From assembly GCF_009914755.1 (NCBI RefSeq), contig NC_060939.1: a stretch of DNA of 64,000 bases; one strand, given 5' to 3'. The notes below the pieces were generated by a model, which saw only the letters and a program-made list of their open reading frames with translations, did not search any database and was not told where the DNA came from. A program made the translations under genes and the position numbers. Shown one piece after another: positions 25,591-38,793 of the stretch; position 1 is the stretch's first letter, and each line of letters starts with the position of its first letter. Source of the stretch: the human T2T-CHM13v2.0 reference genome, Homo sapiens.

Positions 25591-27719
25591 ACCACCAATA
25601 TGGCCACAGAGCTGGGCAAAATGATAGAAGAGCTAAACTGCCCCACAAATAATCTGTTTCAAGAACAAGGGGGGCAGACCATTCATTCTGAATGGGGTGG
25701 CTTTGTGGAGGAGGCGGCATGAGCCTGTCAAAGCAGGAGAAAGTGAGCAAATGAGGCCCAGGGAACAGGTGGCCGGGACCCTCCAGGTGACAGGACCCTG
25801 AGCAAAGGCCGCCAGGTGGGACAGGCATGGGCAATGTCGTGTTTCCGCCCCCCTCTCATTGTCTCTTGAAGTGGGGGAGATACTGGTTGTCCTTCAAGGC
25901 TCACTGGGTGTGTCCTCCCCCAGGCTGCCTTGGAGTCCCATCGCTGCCCTGGGGCTCAGTTTCCCTGTTGATAAAATGAGAGGATTGGACTCTGTCAGTG
26001 CTTTTTATACTTTTCTTTTTAGAGGACAATCCTTTGTCCTCTATCTTTGATAGCTCTTCTATCGAAGGCGATCTTACCCAGAAGCCCAACATAGAAAAAG
26101 CATAAAAGATGTAAGTGATGCTGCGGTGGTTGAAGTGGAGGCTGGGGACGGAGTCTTCGGGTTTTGGGCAACTCTGAGGGGGCAGTGCTCCTGGAGACTC
26201 CTAGGGCTCCTCAGGGCCAGTTGGAAAGGCAGGCAAGGGGAGAGGGGTTGCAGTTTCCTCCAGCCCTCTAATTTGATCTCTCTTACTCTCCTGGAAGCTC
26301 CCCAAGGCCTGGAGTCACCTCATCAGCTGTCTAGCTCGGTGCCCTGCAGGCTGAGGAGGCTAAGTAGATGCTGCCTGAATCCATGTGGTCTTCACGTCAG
26401 TACTGATGGGTTCTTGCTCCCCCATTCTTCAGACATGGCTGGTGAGGACCCCAAGGAAGCCCAGGTTAGGAAAGGGCAGTGCCCCAAGTTGTGTGGACTG
26501 TGGATGGCCTGCCAGCTTCCCTGATCTCTCCCCTCCTTCCAGCACTTGTCCCACTGTGCAGGGATTAAAGGCTCAAGGCACCCTCTGTCCCTCTGTCTGT
26601 CTGTCTGCCCGCCCTGTGGGCCCAGGCTCCTTTCCTTCCCTACTGACAGCCTGAAACAATATTGAGGGCACACAATGGCTCTCCCAGCTCCATTATCGCC
26701 AACTGCCCTGCTGCTGAGAATGGACCATCAGTCCCTGATGATACATAGCAGAAAATTGGTTGTCAGGCCAATAAATGTATCCGATTGGATTTTTGACATC
26801 CGGGCAAACCCATTCGTAAGGCATTTGATTAAAGTGCTAAAAGGTAGTGCAGAGATAGCTGGGCAGAGCTGCCCTTGGTCTGGCCTAAATAGGGTGCTGT
26901 CTTCCCTCTGGGCGAGATGCCCCCTCCTCCCCTGTCTGCTCATTCTCCTCCTTTTCCATTTTCATCCTTCACTGCTCTGAAAGTGCCGCACTCAATCAGG
27001 GCTCCCAGTGGCAAGAAGGACAGCCGAGCCAAGCCGGAGAGGGATTGCCTTCCTTGGCTGCCTGTGTGGGAGGCTCGGGCTGGCCTCAGTCCCTGGCCCG
27101 GAGCCCTGCCTGCGCTGGCCCTTCCTCCCGAGCCGTCTGTGGGCATCAGTCACCAAGTCTCAGCCATTCCTCTTCCCGGGGCGCGGAGTGGAAAGAGCCC
27201 CCATCCGAAAGGCTGCTTCCAAGTCTCTGCCCAGCCTCTCCTGAGCTTGGTGACCCTGAGAGCGTTCCTATCCATGAGCCTGTTTACCCAGCTGTAAAGC
27301 GAGGATCATAAACACGGGTGCTTCCATACCTTGAATTGGAAATGATAGGGCTGATTAATTAGAGAACATGAGACATATGACTGGACTGCTATTGGTGATG
27401 ACAGTCACAGTGGGTGATGACACATGCACCCTGTATGTGGGGAACATGCTGTTCGATTATTTTTAGCTTGCAGCCACAAAATGCAAGTTTGGCTATAAGG
27501 CATTTTAATTGTTGGATTACTATAGAGAAAATAAATTTACTGTGAGTCCATTTTTTTTTTTCATTCTAGAATCTCTCCTTTTTCTATTGCAAATGTTTTT
27601 TTGTGTGATTTTTTTTTTAACATGATGTTTCTTAGGAAGCCAGTCGTCCCATTTTAATGGTGGTTGAGAAGATTGGATGAGAGGTATCATGCCGAGTGTC
27701 TGGCACAGAGTGGATATTC

Positions 27720-28230
27720 ACTAAGTCCTTTTTCCTTCTCTTCCTCTTACATCCTTTTCTCTCTAGCCCCAGAGCCACCACCCTTGTTTAAGCTCCCATT
27801 ATCTTTCTCGAGATCTGGTCAACAGCCTCCCAACTAGCCTCTCTGCCCTGTTCTCTCCTGCTCCCCATTCTATCTGACACGTGGCCCCTGTATTGATCTT
27901 CCTGAAATCCAGCCCAGTATTGTCACTCACAAGCTGTAAGCCTAGGTGGGTGGTTTCTGGGCCCCTACACCACCAGCTTCCAGCCTCAATCCAAAGCTAA
28001 TTTCTCTACACAAACCTCCTTCCAGGTGTCCCCCAAATACCCAGAATGCTTCCTTACCACACCACTGTCCTGTGCCCCCTGCCCTCCAGGCTGTGCTCTG
28101 TTACATCTCTTTGTGTGCACAATTTCTGTCTAGTCGGCTGCTCCCTGACTGCGGAGACAATGACCCCTGCCTTTCTTCCCTCCATGCTCTCCCTTTTAGA
28201 GCCAGGCCATGGTGCTCAGTAAATTAGCTG
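27720..28230. mobile_element. L2 fragment
   Basis: aacagcctcccaactagcctctctgcc...tgatcttcctgaaatccagc. Confidence 0.6.
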
Positions 28231-28872
28231 CTCAGCCCAGAGCTCATCCTCCAGTCGTCTGGAGCAGGAGGGCCCTATGTGTTCACTGGCATGTTTTCAA
28301 GACCCCAGATCTGAAGGCATGCTTGCCAAGGGCTCTGATAATGATATAAAGTGCTCCAAACTGGGACAGATGTGCTGAACCTGGGCTCTGGGGGCCTGTG
28401 CTTGGGCTGGGAAGAAAAGGTGGTACCCACCAGAGTGTGTTTGAGTTGTACTAGGAAGTTCCACCATATGTCCTTCTACTGTGCCTGGAATCCAACTCTT
28501 AGGCGCCCACCCTGTTCACCGTGCTGGGACCCCTCCGTGTCCTTTGGTGTGAGAGGGAGTAGTTTGATTGCCCCAAGTCCCCTCCAGGCTTGGTCATTCC
28601 AGTCGATGGAGTTGAATTAGCTGGCTAATTTGTCTCTGAGCTGGATGATGGCTGCTGGTGCCTCCCCAGAGCTGGAGGCGCCTCTGCAGAAAGGCTCCCT
28701 CCCTCCCCACTCCCTCCCAGAGTGTCTCTGCTCTCGGACTGGGCCGAGCAAGTGAGAAGCAGGCTGACCCTCACTTGGGACTTCCCACCCAGCTGAGCTG
28801 AGCTGCCAGAAGACTCTGACTCCAAGAGCCACTGAGTGTGGAGCCCTGGCCCTGGGCTCCCCAAGATTCTGC

Positions 28873-29332
28873 TCTAGGGTGTTGAATGGCGGGCCCCAAA
28901 AACATATGCCCATGTCCTAATTCTCAGCACGGGAATATTATCTTACTTGGAAAAATAGTCTTTGCAGATGTGATTAAGTTAAGGATCTTGAAGAGATCAT
29001 CCTGGATTATCCAGGTGGGCCCTAAATCCAGTGACAAGTATCCTTATAAGGGACACACAGAGGGAGATTTGAGAGAGATGGGAGAGGAGGCAGTGGGACT
29101 GTGGAGGCAGAGATTGGAGCGATGCAGCCCCAAGTCAAGGGATGCCCAGAGCCTCTAGAAGCTGGAAGAGTCATGGAAATGGATTCTCCCCTAGAGTCCC
29201 TGGAGGGAATGTGGTCCTGTCAGCACCTTGAGTTTGGACTTCTGGCCTCCAGACTTATGAACTATAAATTTCTGTTGTTTTAAGGCACCCAGTTTGTGGA
29301 ACCTGTTAAAGTGGCTATAGGAAGCTGATGCA
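28873..29332 (+). mobile_element. MLT1C/D MaLR solo LTR
   Basis: gtctttgcagatgtgattaagttaaggatcttga...ggacttctggcctccaga; TSD TCTGC at 28868-28872 and 29333-29337. Confidence 0.9.
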
Positions 29333-30089
29333 TCTGCCTCCAGCAGCTGCTTCCCTCTGCACCCTCTCCACGGCAGCCGCCATCTTCGCCAGCTGAGCTG
29401 AAGGGTTGTTGGCCTCTCAGGGTCAGGGCTCCTGTTCCCCCCACCCAGCAGCCTTCTAGGGGAGCTTGGGTGAGAGTGCCTTCCTCCAGGCAGCGCCCCC
29501 CTTGCTGAAGCAGCCTCTCCACTCCCCCCCAGCCCCCCACCTGCAGATGCTGCAGACCTCTGACCATTTTTCCTGTGGTTCCAATGCAGGCTGCTTTGTC
29601 ATTGGTGTCCCTTATCTACCACCTTACGGAGCTAAGTGGAAGCTTGAGGGACCCCCTGACCACCCCTGTCTCATGCCTCAGATGGAAATGGGGCCCAGAG
29701 AGATGAAGGGCCCCAGCCCCCTCAGCCAAGGCCCCACAGAGAGTCTGAGGGACAGGACCCTGCTTATGGCACCAAGAAGTCCCACTTCCTCCTGCTACAC
29801 CGCACGTCCTACCCCGGCCCCCACAGGGCCTCCCACTGACCGTGGCTCCTCATGAAATGCTTGATTTCTGTGCATTCCAGAAGGCATTTCTCTTTCCTAT
29901 GCATGAGTTTCTTAACCTCTCCTTGGGCTCTAAGCTGGCCCAGAGTCTCTGGCTTCCTGTGAGGTCAAGTACACAGGTGCTCAGGGGACACCCTGTGCCC
30001 TGTGACTGTGTCCTGGACTGCCCTGGCTCAGGGCCAAGGGCTTCTATGTAAAACTGGGAGCAGATGGGGATCAGGGAGGATGCAGTCTC

Positions 30090-31010
30090 TTCATTCTGTC
30101 TTTGTCACCGTGCAACACACAGGAAGTTCCAGTCCCTCTCTGGACTTCGACTTTCTCATCTGCAAAATGGACAGAGGTTAAATGAATTACCTGCTCAGGG
30201 TCTACCACAATCTGTAAGATAAAGGCAAAGATATTGAACCAGAGTGGGGGTCTCTAAGATCCCCTGAGGACCCTCAGCATTACTGCAACTAGGAGGCATT
30301 TGATAAGAACAAGCTAGTGAATGAAGGAAGAAAAAGTGTAAATAGCTAAAGCAAATATAATAGGGGCCCTAAACCAAATAATCTCAAAGCTCTGGGCAAA
30401 GGAGAGTTAATCTCTCCAACCCTTGTTTTCCTTATCTGCAAAATAGAGATAATAAATATTTACCACCAGGGCCGTCTTGAGGACTAAGTAGAAGAATAGA
30501 GGGAAAGCTCAGAGCCCAGAGGTTGGAGTATATTAAGTGCCCCCAGGGTAAGGGGGCTGTCCTGCTCATCACCTCATGACTTGTCTGTGGGAGATTAACA
30601 GAACCTAGTGCCTGGTGTACAGAAGATGCTTAATAAATGCCCATTGCCTACAGTGAGAGTCATGTGCCAGGGCTGACTCACTCAGAAGTCTGCATGACTC
30701 AGTGGAAGGTCAGGCCTGAAGGTCATGGGGTGAATAAAGGAGGAGATGCAGCCAGTCCAGAGCCCCGTGAGGTCCTCATCCAGACACTGGGAAGAGGGTG
30801 TATTTCTAAGAGCCCCCATGAAGTCAAAAGAGGGCAAGGTTTGTCCTCAGACTGACCTGGGTTCAAGTTGTAGCTTTGCCATTCACAAGCTGTGTGATCT
30901 CGGGCAAGTTACTTAGCTTCTCTGAGTGTCAGTTTTCCCCTCTGTAAAATGAGGGTGGATAATGCCCACCTCTCAGGATTCCTGGGAAGATTATATGAGG
31001 GTTTGTGTGC
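30090..31010 (+). mobile_element. Cluster of MIR fragments (about 30090, 30400, 30830)
   Basis: Repeated MIR cores such as ctgtgtgatctcgggcaagttacttagcttctctgag. Confidence 0.7.
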
Positions 31011-32273
31011 ACTTCCTTGCCCTTCTCTGCTTCTCTGCTCACAAAATTGAGAATAAGGGGCCATTGGCACGTTGTACCGGGAAGACTCCCTGGAGGAGAC
31101 TCTGCCTTGGCTCTGAGGAGGCCAGGGGAGGCAGAGTGCTGGACTGCAAAGCTCCTTCTCACGAGGGCATCTCTGTGTCACTGTGCAGTGGGACAGACGG
31201 CTACCCCATCAGGCTGCCTCTAAAAATAACCTCCCCTCTTGCTGACAGCACTGGCGCTTGCTCAGGGCTTCCTCTTGGCAGTGCCCCTGCCCTGGCCCGG
31301 TTCTGTTTATGGCTCTGCGTGGGGTTTCTGTAGAGCAGCTCCAGCAGAACCAGAGACCTGGGAAAAGGGGGCAGTGCTTCTCGGAGGAGGGAGGGTATAG
31401 GCTGAGGACGAACTGGACCAAGCCCAAGGGTCCCCTGCTAATGCAATCTGAATCTCACACCTGGTATCACGGGGGCTTGAAGGAAGAGGCTCCTTGGTGG
31501 CAGGGTGGTCCATAGGGCCTGCCAGCAACCTCTGAGCCTGCAGGCTCCTCCTTCCTGGCATGGCCATCCAGCCAAGGAAAAGCCCTCCTGAGCGACGCAG
31601 CGAGGCAGGTGGGGGGCGGAGAGGTGGCCACGCGCTGTCCTTGGGCATTCGCAAGTGCTTTCCTATCCATGATCTTACCTGGCCTTGACACCTCCCCAGT
31701 CACCTGGGACAGGGGGACTGTGCCTTGAAACGTCTTGCTAATCCTCTGCCGGGCAAGGTGTCTGGCACACAGTAGGTGTTCAGGGAACACAAACTGAATG
31801 AATGGATGAAAGCAGGCTTCGTGCCTGCACAGAGCTCATTCTAATGTGTGTCCAAATTCTTACTGGCCTTGGGGCTTTTAGGAAAGTGACTTCCCCTCTC
31901 CGAGTCTCATCTTCTTCATTTAAAAGACGGGCATAGTCCAGGTCTCCACTTCTGAATGAACCCCTCTGCACCCCTGCCTCCAGTAATTCCCATGTGGGAG
32001 GCTGCAAGGAGGAAAAATAGGCAGAGTGATCCCTGTGGAGCACCAGGCTCCATGCGGGCTTGTCCCAAAGACTAGCTAGCCCCTCTCCTGGCCTACCCTG
32101 CCTGGCTACAGGGCTCATTAGCTTCATTTTGAGGATTAGGAACCAAAGCTCTGGGCACCAAGTGACTTGCTCAGGGTCACACAGACAGTAGTGGGGAGCT
32201 AAAATATTGAGCCCTGAGTCTCCTGACCCCAATGCTATACCTGTTTTATTTCTGGGTGAGGAAGAGGAATGTT

Positions 32274-32356
32274 GAGAAAGAGAGAGAGAGTGTGTGTGTG
32301 TGTGAGAGAGAGAGAGAAAGAGAGAGAGGGACAGAGAGAGAGAGAGAGAGAGTGTG

Positions 32357-32397
<41 letters not shown>

Positions 32398-32426
32398 TGG
32401 TGGTGGTGGTGATGGTGGGAGAGAGG
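32274..32426. repeat. Compound microsatellite (GA)n/(GT)n/(GGT)n
   Basis: Read directly from the sequence. Confidence 0.97.
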
Positions 32427-32669
32427 GCGTGAATAAGAGAAGAGGGAGGATGAAAGACCAAGTAGGCTGGAAGAATGACCGAGACCCAGGCCCTGATTGG
32501 TTTCAGATGCCTTTGGGGAGGGTGGGTTGAGAGATGGATCAGCCCTGCTGGGGTTGGGTTGGGCTGAAAGCCACAACCAGAAGCAACGCAGCTCTGGATG
32601 GGTCAGGCCTTCTCTCTGGAGAGTGGGATCTCACACTTGCCCCCCAAGCTTTAGTTTTCTCTACACCCC

Positions 32670-33660
32670 ACAGAGCAGGGTGCTTAAGAGCACTGGCTTG
32701 GGGGTCAAATGGATCCGGATTTAAAACCTTGTGTAGCCACCTACTAACTGGGGGAAAATCACTTAGCCCCTTGGGGCATCATTGCACCTTCTGAGGTTTG
32801 GTCAACACTATGAGGGTGGGGGACTCCTGAGAACTCTCTCACGGGGTTGATGTGAACCATGGGAAGTGAGGCTACACATGGACGGCATTTAGCACAGTGG
32901 GGACATGTCATGAGGATTATCAGTGATAGGTATCATGCGATTATTGCGGGGACAATATGAGACATGAATGTGAACATCAGGGCACAGCGCCTAGCACCCG
33001 GTAGTGCTCAATTTATTAATTCTATTGAGGACCATAGCCTCAGCCACATGTGGAGCTGACAGGGGTCCTTCTCTTCCTGGAGTGGGCTTCCAGGCAGCTG
33101 CCCGGAGGACAATAGGCTGTGAGTGAACCATGCAGGTTCATTCTCAGCACCCCCACCACCCCAGTCCTGCCAGCTCTGAGGTACAGCACTCCTCTATATG
33201 CTGGATTCGGAGCACTTGATGGGAGCACTGGAAACATCTAAGGAGGAAAAGGAAAAAGTGAAGCTGGTAATCAGCTGCTGAGGATGCTGGGAAAGTCTCT
33301 CCTCAGCTCCTCTCGGGGCTCAGGTTGCTGAGGAACCAGCCCCGGAGGTCAGGCCTGGCTCAATCTCTCCTTTCATTAATGCAGTTTCCACTGGCTGTTT
33401 CCACACTGGAGTTTTCATGCCAGGTTCTCTGCTTCCTCTGGGAGATAACAGGCAGTGTGGGAGAAATGGCTGTGGCTCTGGATTCAAATCGCAGCCCTGA
33501 CACCTACTAAATGTATCTTCTTGGGCAAGTCACCTAGCCTCTTGGAGCCCTGGTTTTCTCATTTGTGACAAGGCATCCCTGGTGGCATTGTTGTGTCAAT
33601 TAAAGCAGAGTGTTTACATTGTACCAGGCCCACACTGAGGGTTCAGCAAGTCTTAGGTTT
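32670..33660 (+). mobile_element. MIR copies (about 32670-33010 and 33450-33660)
   Basis: ttaagagcactggcttggggtcaaa...; tggctctggattcaaatc...ttgggcaagtcac. Confidence 0.7.
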
Positions 33661-34560
33661 TGTTTCCCCTGCCTGGTTCTTAGCCTCACTGAAAAAGGAA
33701 AAAGAGAGGCTTATCCTCACAGAGATTGAAGGAGAGTGGGTGCTGGGCGACCAAGAGCTAGGGACCCAGGAGAGAGAAAAATGCACACCCAAGAGATGGC
33801 AAAGGGGCCCCTTCTGATGACGAGCTAGGGGCTCTACTATCCTACTGGGGTCTGGCCCACCCTCGTTACTATGGGTTTCTGGTTGCAGGAGACCTTAGAG
33901 GGGCTGATCCTGCCCCCATCTTCCCCACCCACACACCAAGGAAGGCTGGTTGTGGATAACTGAAATCCCAGAGTCTGCTTCTGCCATGCTCTTGAGGCTG
34001 AGGAATGGGCTCAGACAGGTGGGATCCCTGTTACTACATCAGCACTAAGACAAAGGGACAAGCTCTGGACCAAGAATTAGGAGGCTGGCTCAGGGCTAGT
34101 TATTTTTCTGGGTCTTGGATTCCCCATCTGGGAAACATGGAACCAACAGTATCTATCTGCTTGGACTACCATGCAAGTCTGCACATGATCTAACTCCAAA
34201 GGAGTTGGTCACCCAGATGTTCCTTTTGGGGCTCCTGGGGGCTTCCGGTGCGCTCTTGCACTCGCGCGCTCTCTCTCTCTGTCTCTCTCCCTGAGGTGAA
34301 GACATAAGAGGCAGCAGATGGCCAGGACCTTTGCTGTGGTCCCAGGAGCCCTCACTGGGTAAATAACACTGACTCCCAGTAAGCCTGGAAATTTCCATTC
34401 TTTAGGGAGAACATTAGTGAGCATAGTGCCAGCCACTATTTTAGTCACTTTTAACCCAGGCTGCCTGGCTCCAAAGACCACACTCTCTTGCCCACTACAT
34501 GGTATTGCCTCTTGTGAAGCACACACATAATATTCAGTATGTGGCTCTGGAGTGGGACTG

Positions 34561-35011
34561 TGTATCAGTTAGCTATTGCTGTATAACAAGTAAGTCTAAA
34601 AACTAAGTGGTTTATTTTTCACAATTCTATAGGTTGTCTGGGCAGTGCCTCTGCTGCTTTCTGCTGGGCTCATTCGCTCAGCTGCATTCAGCAGGAGGGT
34701 GGGCTGGAAGGGCTGCTGGACTGGGGAATCCACCGTGGCTTGATGCACATGTTTGATGCTGGAGTGCCTCAGTTCTCCTCCAAGTGTCCTCTCACCCTCC
34801 AATAAGATAGACAAGCAGCCTTGGGGCAGCATCCCAAGGGCAAGAGCAGAAGCTGTCAGGCCTTTGGGGCCCAGGCTGCTGAACTTGCTGGTACCTTTCC
34901 ATCACATCCTGTTAGTCATGGTGAGTCCAGATTGACTGGACGAGGGAAACAGATCCCACCTCTTGATGGAAGGAACCTCAAAGACATTGTGGACATATTT
35001 AATTTGCCACA
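34561..35011 (-). mobile_element. Old MLT1 (G/H-like) solo LTR inserted in a MIR
   Basis: tgtatcagttagctattgctgtataacaa ... ccacctcttgatggaagga...atttaatttgccaca; the MIR resumes after 35011. Confidence 0.8.
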
Positions 35012-36574
35012 AGATGCCTGGGTTTAACTCTCAGTTTGGACACTTGCTAGTTGTAAACTTGAGCTTTTCACTTAACCTGTCTGAACCTCAATCTCCTTCT
35101 CTGCAAAATGGGGACAATCCTAATCCCCCTTGTCAAGTTTTATGACGACTAAGTGAGAAAAGGGCATGAAGTGCTTTGCCCAGTACCTGAGACATAAGCG
35201 CCCATTGTGATTATATTAATAGACCCTGCTCTTACTCGTCCATGACCTCAGGGCAGAAAAGGACTTTGAGGAATTCAGAGAGGCCTGGTGCCCTGGCCAG
35301 CTGACAGCAGAGCCTGACAATTAGCTAGGTCTCCCGACTCCCCGTCCAGTGTTCTTTCTGCCACACAAGCTGCCACTCTTAGACTGAGCACAAAAGACAA
35401 ATCTTCCAGTCTGGGGATGGCAGATCGATTTTCTCACCCTTGCTGGCTGTGATTGATTGGTGGTGCTGCCCTGAGTTCTGCAGTGAGAAAAGCTGTGAGG
35501 TCTGGCCCCAGCTCAGTGGGAAGGAGGGCCAGGATCGATCGGTGATGTTTGCCCTGGGTGCAGTCGCGGGGCGGGGGCACACACGCAGTTTGCTTGCCAC
35601 TCCTGCTCTGGTCTTAGCTCTGACCTCACCCCTGTGGCTGTACTAGGTGCTGGGTGAACAACGTGCTCCAGGCCTTTCATGTCACAGAAGAGGACGCAAG
35701 GTCCGGACTGGTCAGGAGATTGGCCTCATGGTCACACAGCAGGATGTTTCCTGGTCAGTGACTTTCCCATGTTTCCATTCTTCCCAGATCCCTGGGGAGT
35801 CTGGACAAGTGTGTGTCTGGCTCCTGTGGCCTGAGTTTCCAATTCCCAACTAAGAAAGGTAGAGATTCCAGGGCTTTCTGCTCTGGCTCAGGCCTCAGGC
35901 AGGGGGTCCTTAAAGCACCAGCATGGGGAAAAAGGCTTCTCGGCTCTTTGTTTGGATTCAGACAGGGCATTTTCAAGTTTCTTGAGATCACAGTGGAGGC
36001 CAGCCAATTCTATTTTCACTCGAGGCTCAATCATCTCTTTCCCTGGTCTTCTGCACACACGGGCTGGCGTGAACTCAGATGCGGCAGGCCCACAATTAGG
36101 AGAGAGGGAGGAGTAGTTACTCAGGCGCTCAGGGCCAGCAGGTTTGGAGCACCCTTTCCGAGGCAAAGACATGACACAAATCTTCCCACTGCCCAGCCAA
36201 TTCCTCCTCGTGTATCTGCCTGGGGTGACACTCAGACAAGGTCTGCACTCAGGCCCAGCCATTAAGGAATTCATTAATCAGAATCCTGTTTACAGCTCTC
36301 TGGCAAGCGATCATAATTTACTGGCTCAAGCCAGACCCTGGGCCTTCCTGCAAACTGCTGTGACATTTGGTAAAAATATCAGCTGGGGACTGGGCCAGGC
36401 CGGGAGGTGTGTATGCAATTCATGCTGACTTGTGAAACAGAGGTGCTGTGTGGGTCACAGGCACTAGGGAAGGCTGGAGGACAGGCTGTCACTGGTTCCA
36501 GGTGTCACCTTGGACAAGTCACTTCCCTGTCATCTCACATCTGTATTGCAAGAGGTTTGGAGTAAGTCAGATGG

Positions 36575-36830
36575 CAAGTCTGTCAGCCCACAGACTCGCC
36601 CCTTGTGCTCTGCACAGGATCCACTAGCATGGGTTTTTTTTTTTTTTTTTTAAATAAAACAATAGAAAATGGAATCCCTTGCCAACATTTACAAACTGCA
36701 AATTTCACTTGAAAATCTAGATTTCTGGTACATGGGGAGTGTACTCCTATCTGGCAATGAGAGCCTGAAGCTGAGTATTTCCCGACATCTCCAGATGGGT
36801 CTGTGGTCTCAGGTTTGCCAAGGTTAGCAA
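36575..36830 (-). mobile_element. MER102-like hAT-Charlie
   Basis: ttgccaacattta..aaatttcacttgaaaatctagatttctgg. Confidence 0.55.
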
Positions 36831-36855
36831 CGATCCCTGCTACAAGGCATGGGCC

Positions 36856-37030
36856 CAGGGCCTCCATGTACGGCCGTGCAGGTTGCACACTATTGTGGAG
36901 CCAAAAGGGGGCTGAATCCCTACAATCTGCTGGCATGCCGTGGGCACTCGTGGCGTTTACATCTCCAGAGGAAGGGGTCTTTTTTATAATTCTCACAATG
37001 GCCTTGTTTGGGCCAGCCATGGTCCTGCCT
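36856..37030. mobile_element. MER91-like hAT-Tip100
   Basis: gtgcaggttgcacact ... gaggaaggggtcttttttataattctcaca. Confidence 0.45.
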
Positions 37031-38432
37031 GGGCCCACAGTTCTGTAGTTTGCATTCCACAGAGGGCCAGGGTGGGGCTTCCCTAGCGCCACAGGCAGGG
37101 ACACTGGCAGGCCATGGGCTGGGAGGCCTTGGGGAAATCTCTACTCTTCTCTGGGCCATAGTTTCCTCACTTAAAAAACAAGGGCATGCGCTAGCTGATC
37201 TCAGGGGCAATTCTAGCTGTAGAATATAATTCACCGGAGGGGAAGAGGTCATGGCCGGGGCACACGAGTGGGGAGCTGGGCTGTGTGGCTCCGCTCTGGG
37301 GAGAAGGCTCCAAAGCCTAACAGGAGCCAGCAATAGGGGCACAGCACAGACTGGGCACAGCCCTCCTGCCCCCAGCCTCATCTTTCAGTGCTCTTCAAGG
37401 CAAACTCTGGCCATCGGTGCTGGAAAAATTTATAATCTGGCCTTTTCCAGAAAAAGTTTATTGACCCCTGCCCTAGACCCACCAGTGCCCATGAAATTGG
37501 AGTTCTGATCAACTCAGCCCATTTTTCATATTTTACAAATGAAGGAAATGAGGCACAGAGAAGTTAAGCAACTTGTCCAAGGTCACACAGCTAGTGAGAG
37601 ACAGAGTTAGCATCTGAATCTAGTGAGTCTGACTCTGGAAAAGCACTTTTCCAAAGTAGTGAGATTTCAAAGAACAAACCAATGCCCAGAGCACAGGCTA
37701 GAAAATGGACAATGTACGGCCCCTGTATTGGGCATTTTATTCCAAGGCACTTTCCTCCCTGGAATATATATTTTAGTTGATCATCAGAAGAGGGTTTATA
37801 CAGGAGAGGGTATGTGTAATTAATGCTTTTTGTTTTTGAAGCTTTGAAGTGGGGCCATGAGATAGTCTAGTCTATGAGGCTCATTTGGAAAGTGGCTATT
37901 TGCACATGGCAGCCAGGGAGAGAAGGGTTCACTAAGTGACTGTCTAGGGCAGGGGGAATATTTAACCTATTTAGGAGAATGAATGGGATACAAGCACTCC
38001 TGAACCTATGTTTGTAGTTGATCCACAGTGTAGGTCCTTATAGAATATTGTTTGTTTCATGTTGATTGATGAATGGGTTTTATTTCCTCTATAAAAAAAA
38101 AATAAAAGAAAAGCATTCCTTGTAACAGGTCCTAAGGAATACCACTTAGGCGAACTTACTTAAAATCTGATACACCTCATAATGTTAAATATTTCATGTA
38201 AAATACACTTGTTACACAACACCATGTAGCCATTTACTATTAACCAATTTTTTCAGAATACTTTTATTATTTAGGTAAAATAGGTTGATATAATGGATTG
38301 CTATCAGGATGTCTTATGTGCAATATATTTTATTGCTCCTCATACATGCTAGTGCTCCTTCACCTTGAACACTATGGAAACATGTTTGAGAAAAGGAAAC
38401 GCATGGAAAGTTAATATCACTACACCGAGTTA

Positions 38433-38793
<361 letters not shown>

